Origin: Eledone cirrhosa
Lineage: Eukaryota
DNA length: 64,000 nt
NCBI GenBank assembly: GCA_964016885.1
Contig: OZ024763.1
Coordinates: 18,352,001-18,416,000 of the forward strand
Direction of reading: 5' to 3'
Positions 54,417-64,000 of this stretch are shown here, piece after piece. Each line of letters starts with the position of its first letter. The stretch's first letter is position 1. Under the pieces are notes generated by a model that did not search any database, was not told the origin of the DNA, and worked only from the letters and a program-made list of their open reading frames with translations. The position numbers and the translations under genes were made by a program.

Positions 54417-56734
54417 AACGTTTATGTAAATTATTCTGTTGTTTATCTTTTGAAATTATCTGTAATTTACTTAACCTTAATTTAAATATTTTTTTTATCA
54501 GTTTTTATAATTGCATGGGTTCAATTCCTGGACTAGGTTGTGTGTTCTTGAGAGCAAAACACTTCATTTAACGTTGCTACAATATACTCAGCTGAAAATG
54601 AGTAGCAGCAATAGCTGGGGGAGTTTAACCTTCCTATGGACTGGCATCCTGTCCAGGGAGTTTTTGTGTTCTCAGTCACTTCACACCATGGAAACTGGGA
54701 TAAGCACTGGCTTGATGAGATAGTCCTTAACTATGTGATTAGCTGGCACCGTCGATTGGTTGCTTCACTTTGCAGAAAGCAGGCTAAGCATTGGGCTCTT
54801 TCCCTGTGTGGTGAAGTCTTGTATTCTCAGTTGCTCAGAAAACGGAATAAGCACTGGTCTGATGACCTGTAGTCTCAGTCACTTCACACTACATTTTAGT
54901 ATTTACATTACTCTATACAACTAGAAGAAATTTTTTTCAGAGTCCAGCACTTCCTGCATACTTTAGGGTCGTATTAAATATTATTGGTAATGTAAATATA
55001 TTTAAATATCCGCCATACTAAAAGGTGCAAAAAATGCAAATCAGCTGATAGTGTAAATGTGACGATGGTATTGGAAATTAATTCAGATATCTTCTATCTA
55101 TTTTGACTCAAAGTTAGATATAATATAAGAAGGCTTTAGGCTGCGTTAAACATATATTAGATTGGAACAAATAAAGTTTAGTCAAATGTTTATGGACATA
55201 TTTATTGTATAAAGTAATTTCTCAATTGTGAATGCAGATGTCATCAAATGAATACATAATTGTGCGCCAAAGTTTATAGTGTATGCATGGAATACAAAAT
55301 TACCTTTGTTAGTAGTCAAAATTTTACAGGCGTTATATTTTCTGTGCAAAGTACAACAGAATGTAACGTGTTCTTATTTAGAATTGTCTGTGGAACTGGA
55401 TGCATGTTGAAAACGACTAGTAAGCGAGTTCACTCAGTGAGGAAACTTTAAAGCTTTTGTGAGGGCAGCAGATTAAAACGTGTTCTCTATTGAAAACATT
55501 CTACTGAACTTACGTTGTGGAGAACAGCGAACTGACCCTGCCTCTTGGCTGAGAGACCTCGCTGAACTGAAGTTTTCAGTTTAAAGTTATGCTGTCATCG
55601 ACCAACATTTACTTGTTCGCGATTGGTCAATTTCTAAGTTCAATTAGTGTATTATGAGTAGTAGTCAAATCCTCGGAATTCAGAAAACTGTCTTTCCAAG
55701 AATTGATGTGAAATTGAAAGTATTCAATTTCCACGAATTTCAGAACTGTTTTTCTGCTAATTCAAGTGAGAAACTGAAAGTAGTGTTTTCCACGAATTGG
55801 AGTGGAGAACCTGTGTACACTACAATAGAACTTGTTCATTTATACATTGCACCTTTTTCAGAAAACCCAAAATATTAATGGTAATGTAAATATTTGTTTT
55901 TTTAAGGAACCCGGAGTTTGTTTTACGGAACCCATGTTGGCGACCACTGCTATATACCCTTCTTAGTGGAGTCACGAGACCTTGTGGGTTTTTTTCTTAC
56001 TAAATGTATGAATGGATACAACTCCTACTGGAGTTGTAGGGTCGCCATTAATCATATGGCATTGGGGGGGGGGGGTTTAAACCTGGAGGTTGTGGTAAGA
56101 ATGTTGAATTTATGTCATGGTTTTGATCCCTGGACTGGGTTGTGTGTTGTGTTCTTGAACATAGAAACACATTTCATTTCGCGTTGCTTCAGTATACTCA
56201 GCTGAAAATAAGTACCAGCAATGGCTGGAGTATTATACTCTGTCGCTTCACAGCATGGAAACTGAGATAAGCACAGGCTTGAGAATGACTTTAATTGTCA
56301 TGACACCAGCACTACCATTTTACAGAGTGTACTGGGTACATTTTATCATGACACCAGTGTGGACTGAATACATTTTATTGATACCAGCATCATCACTTTC
56401 CAGTGTACACTGGGTATATCTTAAATGGCACTAGCATTAAATATATAAGAAAGAATCGAGGTCTGACAGCTGAGCTCTTGCTGTTGAAACAGCTAATTCC
56501 ACAAGAGTCTGAAGTTTGCTCAGCTGTCGAGCCCCGACTTTTTCTTATATAGTTAAACTCTACTATCCCAAGTAGTCTGTTGAATAATGGGCTGACTAGT
56601 TTAATACTGGCTTAATCCTGATATATTATAGATATAGAATGGGGAATGGGCAGGCGATTCAAGAACACGTGCCTTGCCTGTTAACCTTGTTTCTGTTTGG
56701 ATTGCCTCGGGAATGTAACCTTAATATATAAGAA

Positions 56735-56809
56735 GCTGTCTGATGAGGTCACGGCACTGGGTACACGGAATCGTGTGGTCATTGTCGTCATTGAAATATG
56801 TATCACAAC
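56735..56809 (+). ncRNA. Hammerhead-like motif, partly degenerate
   Basis: GCUGU-CUGAUGA-GGUCACGGCA..ACACG-GAAU-CGUGU..UGUCGUCAUU-GAAA-UAUGUA-UC|ACAAC. Confidence 0.5.
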
Positions 56810-58859
56810 ATTATCAATAAAGGACTTTAACATCTGAAACTACTTCGCATTTTCTCATTCTAAATATACTCCATTTTTTTTCCTATGTGGAAAAAATATG
56901 TGCTTGAATTGAATTGCATCAATCTTTACCGTTATATATATATATATATATATACACTGTATATATCAGTTGCACCCCAGCAAACATCCTTCCTCTACAG
57001 GTTCTTCCCTCAGTAGGTCATCAGTTGTTTTCCCCCCTCATCATTGTGTCTGGTGCAGTGACCTTCAAGTCACATTGTTCTTTGTTGAACTTCTAATGAA
57101 ACTTTTGGAAGATTATCATAAAGTTCTACATTTGTTACATGGTTTCTCCATGACATACTGAATCCTATTCTAAACATTCTAGAGTAGCATCCATCTAATT
57201 GAACCCACAATCACAATATCATGATTCTAAGTCCAACACCCTTACCACTAGGCCACATGCCTCCCCAAAGAACTGCTACTTCTCCAAATTGAGTAATCAC
57301 AGCTCTGATACTACAAATGTATATGTGGTCAGAATGTCTCAGGAAAGAATTGCTGGACAGATTTTATGTGCAAAACCAACAAGCAGGAGACCTAGTGGTT
57401 GACCTCAAGCAAGATGGTTGGATAATATTCATGAGCTTGGCTGATCTCGCTTGTGGATCCAGCTAGATCAATTGGAGGCGATTGCTTCTGACAACCTGCT
57501 TGGAGGAGAGTTTAAGGACTCGGACGCCACAACCCTCCCAGGAATAAGTAAACAAAGAGGTTTAAGATTAATTCCCTTTGCTAAGCAAATACATCTTTGA
57601 TAATATATTACTCTGTCGATTTTAAAAATACAGCGAAAAGTTACTAGTTTAATTATTTATCATATAAAACTAAATAATATTTTCTTCTCAATCAAAATAT
57701 TTTTTGCTTCATATAATGAAATTATTGTGTACAGTGCTCAGGTGCACTACAACTCATCAAAGGTGCATGTATAGTACGTAGAATAATGTTCAAATGTCAG
57801 GAAAATGAACAGTGTATGAGTCATGAAATACATTTGTGCGGTTGTATGGAGGGAGGGACATCTGGTGTAGTGTTGGCGAATCTGAGGAAGCATGGAGGTT
57901 TTAAAGGATGTAGTGTCTCGGCAGCTAACAACTGATGCAGGTATTTGGTTCTATGGAGGTTTTAAAGGATGCAGTGTCTTGACAGCTAACAACTGGTGCA
58001 GGTAGTTTGCTCCATGGAGGTTTTAAAGGATGCAGTGTCTTGACAGCTAACAACTGATGCAGGTAGTTTGCTCCATGGAGGTTTTAAAGGATGCAGTGTT
58101 TCAACAGCTAACAACTGGTGCAAGTAGTCTGTTCCAATGCTTCAGCAACTCTGAGCGTGAAAAAATGTTTCCGAAAGTCATGGGAACTGTGCTGAATCAA
58201 ACCAGAATTTGACGAATCGTTTTTGTTTCATTCGAAATTAATATTAAAGAAATGATTATTCCCACCTTAGAGTATATATATTTTCCTGAATATTAATTGC
58301 TTTATATATATATATATACAAATACTATGTGTTTCTCAAACGATATATGACTATATATCTTTAATAAAACTCTATTGGTTTTTCATTTTGTTTATTATGA
58401 AAATAGCATTTGTATAACTCCTTGAATAATAATTGTTTCTACTTTTGGCACAAGGCCAGCAATTAACCCAGTGTATTACTGGTACTTTATTTTATCGACC
58501 CCGAAAGGATGAAAGGCAAAGTTAACCTCGGCGGGATTTGAACTCAGAATGGCAAGGACCGTAACTCTATGCGTCAAAGCATGGCGTCCGACCCTCTACT
58601 GATACTGCCAATGATAAAGAAAAAAAAAGAGGTGTGGGTAATTCACCACCACATCTTAGGCGTTAACTAAATACTTTGAGGCAAGCCAACATGCTTGCAG
58701 CATTACCACAGGTGGTGGCATGGATAAGGCGCTGAATTAACCTAGCAGCCTCACGGGCATCACCTGACACCTCAGTAAGGTGAGTCGTCAGTGATGACAA
58801 GAACTTTGTTAGTTGAGCCACTGACAGCGAAGTTCTAGTCATATATCTTATAAAAATTT

Positions 58860-59050
58860 AAATAATTGTTTCTACTTTAGGCACAAGGCCAGCAATTACC
58901 CAGTGCATTACTGGTACTTTATTTTATCGACCCCGTAAGGATGAAAGGCAAAGTCAACCTCGGCGGGATTTGAACTCAGATCGTAAAGGGACGTAACTAT
59001 GCTGGAAAGCATGGCGTCCGACCCTCTACCGATACTGCCAATCCACCGCC
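58860..59050 (-). mobile_element. tRNA-derived SINE, second family (copies 58430-58612, 63355-63540, 52145-52325, 32768-32930 and others)
   Basis: B box GAGTTCAAATCCC and conserved body GCCTTTCATCCTTACGGGGTCGATAAAATAAAGTACCAG. Confidence 0.75.
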
Positions 59051-59234
59051 TTTAAATAAAATTTAAATAATATTATTCATATTTACGTCCCTTTACGATC
59101 TGAGTTCAAATCCCGCCGAGGTTGACTTTGCCTTTCATCCTTACGGGGTCGATAAAATAAAGTACCAGTGATGCACTGGGTAATTGCTGGCCTTGTGCCT
59201 AAAGTAGAAACAATTATTTTATATATGAATTACT

Positions 59235-59500
59235 TTCTCCAGCCGCAACCTGGTGCAGTCTGCGACTAACCCAGGTTCTGCTGCACGTCGAGTTGAGGAG
59301 GCCAAACTCTTCAAATACCGGTCGCTCTCCGACAGGTTTGCGGTTGTACTCTTGGCAGTGGAGACTTCTGGTGTCCTTGACCCTAGGGCTACCTCCCTAC
59401 TCACCACCATAGGCGCTGAGCGTCTTCCTTCCCGTCCTCCGGGGAAACGCCTTCTCCATTCTGTCTGCCGGGGCTGTGGGGAGGCCACCGACCGATATGA
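59235..59500 (+). mobile_element. CRE-like non-LTR retrotransposon endonuclease fragment (relative 46100-46335, - strand)
   Basis: PGSAARRVEEAKLFKYRSLSDRFAVVLLAVETSGV resembles the restriction-like endonuclease C-terminus. Confidence 0.6.
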
Positions 59501-61486
59501 TTGACTGACTCACTCATCCACTCTTCTACCCACTAACCCTAATAAATCTTATTTGCATTAAACTAAATTCTATATTATTATTAATATGAATTAGTTCTTC
59601 ACGGAATAATATTTTAAGATAAAAGAAGTTATTTCTAAAATACTCTCGTATGTAGTAAATCTTACAAATGGCTTTCCTATAAAGAAAACCAGGAAAGAAT
59701 AGCAGGGCAGATTTTATAGGTAAAGCCAACCGACAGGAGACTTAGGGGTAGACCCCGAGCAAGATGGTCAGATAACATCCATGAGCTTGGTTGTTCTCAC
59801 TGGGGGATCCAGTCGGATCAATTGGAGATGGTTGCTTCTGACAGGACCTGCTTGAAGGAGTGTTTGAGGACTCTGCTCCCACCCACTATCATTCTAGGAA
59901 TAAATAGGCGAAGAAGAAGACTTTAATAAATATAAATATGTTGAGTTAAGGGCCAAATAAAAAATACTTACTTGAGGGAGACAGGGGTTTCTTCTCTGAA
60001 GCCCTCTGTCCAGCTCTTCTGAGAATTTATGACCACTGTTGTTCGAACGAAATTTATTCGAAATAGATAAAAGATGTGATAAACTGTATCGATATTATTA
60101 TAATAATCAATCAACATATATTATTCTGTAATTTTTATCTAATAATTTCGTCTTTTTATGTTTTCGAGTGAGACAAGCGTCTCTGAAAATAGAGATAGGT
60201 TATCTCCCTTATACCGTATATTTTGTGTTAACTTTCATCGGATTTCTCTGAATTTATTTCTATAAAAGAAAAAACACACATTTCTGGTCAAATTAAAATC
60301 TTCTAACGTAATATAAAATAAGAACCAGATATTAATTTACTATATTGGTAATGAAAATAATTGATAATTGTCGAAAATCCCTCGAATTTCTTAATTAAAT
60401 AATTGAAGTAGATAGTGACAGAGACTGTAGCACAGAAAGAGAGGAAGATAGATAGTAAGAATCACAGAAAAAGAAAGAGAGAGAGAGAAATACAATAAAG
60501 AAAGAGAGAGAGGGGTGAGAGATAGATAGACTGAAAGAGAGAGCGAGAGATAGATAGACTGAAACAGAAAGAGAGAGAGGGTGAGACTAAGATACAAAAA
60601 GTGAACGAACGATGCATAAATATAAAGAAAGGGTGTCAATGTGAGAGAGAGAGAGAGAGAGAGAAAGAGTGAGTGTGTGTGAGAGAGAGAGAAATAGTGT
60701 GTGTGTGTGAGAGAGAGAAATAGTGTGTGTGTGAAAAAGAGAAAGAGAGGGCATATGTGTAAGTGTGTAAGAGAATGAGTGTGTATGTGAGAGAAAGAGG
60801 AAGAAAAAAGTGTGTTCATGAAAGAGAGAAAGAAAGAGATGAAGTGTGTGCATGAAAGAGAGGGAAAGAGAGGAAGTGTGTGTATGAAAGAGAGAGTGAG
60901 AGAGAGGGAGGAAAAAAAGCAAGATAAGACAACTCATACACTAGTGTATCCGGTGTGCGCAAAAACATGCGCAGACGTCAGAAATGCACGTGCGAGTGTA
61001 TTATGGCGGTATGTTGAAAGTATATTTCTGGAGCTTGCAATTTACCTGACAGGATTAACAACAAAAGTCTGGAACTACAAACTCAACAACAACACCTGGC
61101 AATAAACAGTAAGACCCTTTTATCAATCGTATTCGCCATCAGAGGACGGTGGAATCCTTTTTTCTTCAACCTTCTCTGCTTTATTTATAGCGTCAGTTAT
61201 TTTTTCAAATATTTCTCATAAAAATTACAAAAAACCCACATGAATCGTGGACACAAAATGAGGGTTTAATTTCCTCTTAAATGTTTTAAACACGTGTGTG
61301 TATATATATATATATATGTATATATGTGATTATATATGTATATAGATATAAGTATATATATATACATACATACACACTGCATATATATTTATATATACAC
61401 ACACACATATATACACATATATATAAATATGAATACACATATATACAGGGTGTTCTGTGAATGCAATTTTTGGAACACCCTGTATA

Positions 61487-61521
<35 letters not shown>

Positions 61522-62294
61522 GTATGTTTATCCTGGATTTATTTCTTCCGAATGAAACAGTTCTAGTCCTGTAGAAGCCATTTCTATATTATATATATAT
61601 ATATATATAATATAGAAATAGCTTCTACAGGACTAGAACTGTTTCATTTGTGATGAATCTAGTCATGTATAATATAATAGATATATATATTTCATTTTTA
61701 AACACCTGTATACACACACACACACATATATATATATATATGTGCGTGTGTGTATACATGTGTTTAAAAATGAAATATATATATTTATTATATTATACAT
61801 GACTATGTGTGTGTGTGTATACAGGTGTTTAAAAATGAAATATATATATCTATTATATTATACATGACTAGATTCATCACAAATGAAACAGTTCTAGTCT
61901 TGTAGAAGTCATTTTTATATATAATTATACTTTCACTCTACTAACGCATTGAGTACTTTTTTTTTTTTTTTTAAATAAAATGATTAACCCTGGCACGACA
62001 ATGGTAATCTACATATATATATGTATATATAATCTATATATATATATATATGTGTATATATAATCTACATATATATATATATATATATATTGTATATATA
62101 ATCTACATATATATATATATATTGTATATATAATCTACATATATATATATATATTGTATATATAATCTACATATATATATATATATTGTATATATAATCT
62201 ACATATATATATATATATTGTATATATAATCTACATATATATATATATATTGTATATATAATCTACATATATATATATATATGTATATATAATC

Positions 62295-62326
<32 letters not shown>

Positions 62327-63017
62327 ATCTACATATATATATATATCTTTTATATAATCTACACATATATATATATATATATATCTTTTATATAATCTAC
62401 ATATATATATATCGATTTAAGATCATAGACAACTTCCAGTAATTTCCGTGAGTAAAAAATGAAATGACAATCTGAAAAGAAAATCTATTCCTAATTTTAT
62501 CCACATAATTGTAAAATACACGATTGGAAAACAATCTTATGTTTGTAACAAATATATAATTTGCAATAATAGGAAAGTTATGAAGAAATAAAATTAGGTG
62601 TTGATTGATGTGAGGTGGCTCTAAACTCTAACTCGTCTTATATATATATAGGAAAAAGTATGACCCCGGCGGCAGAGCTCAAGCCGTTTCGACGGCTATT
62701 TCGAGTACTCTGGTGCGTTATGGTCCATCTGGTTCCTTACCACAATTCTTTTGTTATATATATATATATATATAAAATCCAAATTCTATAAACAGACCAG
62801 GATTTTTTCATTCTGAGGATTGAAAGCAAAATTTTTTTGCTTTTAAGAAACCACTGGTAAATGGAATAATTGCCTTATGTTGTTTATTACATAACTATTA
62901 AGCTCTGTTACCTACATAGAGCACTCTTTTTTCCTGGACTTTTCCGACGGAATTACTTTATATATATATATATATATATATCAAAATGAAAATCCGAAGG
63001 CAAGGTAAAATTTCCAA

Positions 63018-63106
63018 TCATTTTAATCACGACACATGTTTCAATAAGAGATAGATCGATCGTGAAGCCATGATCGATTATCACTGATCTCGTCAGGTGA
63101 AAATGA
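63018..63106 (-). ncRNA. Type-I hammerhead ribozyme motif (GUC site)
   Basis: UUUCAC-CUGACGA-GAUCAGUGAUAAUCGAUC..GAUCGAUCUAUCUCUUAUU-GAAA-CAUGUG-UC|GUGA. Confidence 0.7.
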
Positions 63107-63167
63107 ATTGTCTTCAAATTCTTGATATGAGGGAGAAAATTAGCAATGTTCACTCAGAGTTTTATTC

Positions 63168-63207
<40 letters not shown>

Positions 63208-63264
63208 CAGAGTATAAAAGTTTTAATATATTCTAAAGAATGAAACAGCTCTAGTCCTGTAGAA

Positions 63265-63300
<36 letters not shown>

Positions 63301-63826
63301 AGGATTAGATAGGTTTATTTGATATTGTTGTAAACTGGACATATATGTTAGGAAATAATTGTCTCTACTTTAGGCACAAGGCCAGCAAATAACCCAGTGC
63401 ATTACTGGTACTTTATTTTATCGACCCCGTAAGGATGAAAGGCAAAGTCAACCTCGGCGGGATTTGAACTCGGATCGTAAAGGGACGTAACTATGCTGCA
63501 AAGCATGGCGTCCGACCCTCTCCCGATACTGCCAATCCACTATATGTTAGGAAATAATAATAATCAATTTCGTTAGGAAATAATAATCAATGATTTCTAT
63601 TATAGACACAAGGTCAGCAATTTTCGGGGAGGGGAAAGTCGATTAAATCGATCCCAGTGCATTACTGATGCACGATTTATCGACCCCGTAAAATAATTGT
63701 TTCTACTTTTGGCACAAGGCCAGCAATTACTCAGTACATTACTGGTACTTTATTTTATCGACCCCGTAAGGATGAAAGGCAAAGTGAACCGTAAAATAAT
63801 GATGATTAAAATGAAAAGAGTAAGTA

Positions 63827-63860
<34 letters not shown>

Positions 63861-64000
63861 ACGAAGGAGTTGTGGTAAGGAACCAGATGGACCTTAACGC
63901 ATCAGAGTACTCATTACTTAGGGTAGTAGAGTGGGTAATGCTTGAGCTCTGCCGTCGGGGTCATACTTTTTCCTATATATATATCTATCTAAGGCGGGTA

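Overview
AT-rich, repeat-dense animal genomic DNA. The (TA)n/(GA)n microsatellites and the tRNA-derived SINE, RTE and CR1 repertoire look octopus/coleoid-cephalopod-like, which is an inference. Two protein-coding genes can be rebuilt by hand. (1) A 12-coding-exon minus-strand gene (32628->6855, 595 aa, all GT-AG, phases consistent) encodes an N-terminal bHLH and a C-terminal HMG box, the MEIOSIN/BHMG1 architecture; the ORF track misses most of it. (2) A 2-exon plus-strand nucleoside diphosphate kinase (49068-54349, 149 aa). The rest is decayed mariner, CR1, RTE, Tx1/L1-like and CRE-like fragments, TTAA-flanked piggyBac-type MITEs, SINEs and satellites. Main unexplained structure: several unrelated short non-coding fold-back elements, mostly in or next to (TA)n tracts, carry minimal type-I hammerhead-ribozyme motifs, including a U3-A8 core variant; they resemble non-autonomous Penelope-like/retrozyme elements. 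The MEIOSIN-like pre-mRNA also holds a near-identical antisense copy of its own HMG exon and a five-fold, in-frame tandem duplication of a splice acceptor.
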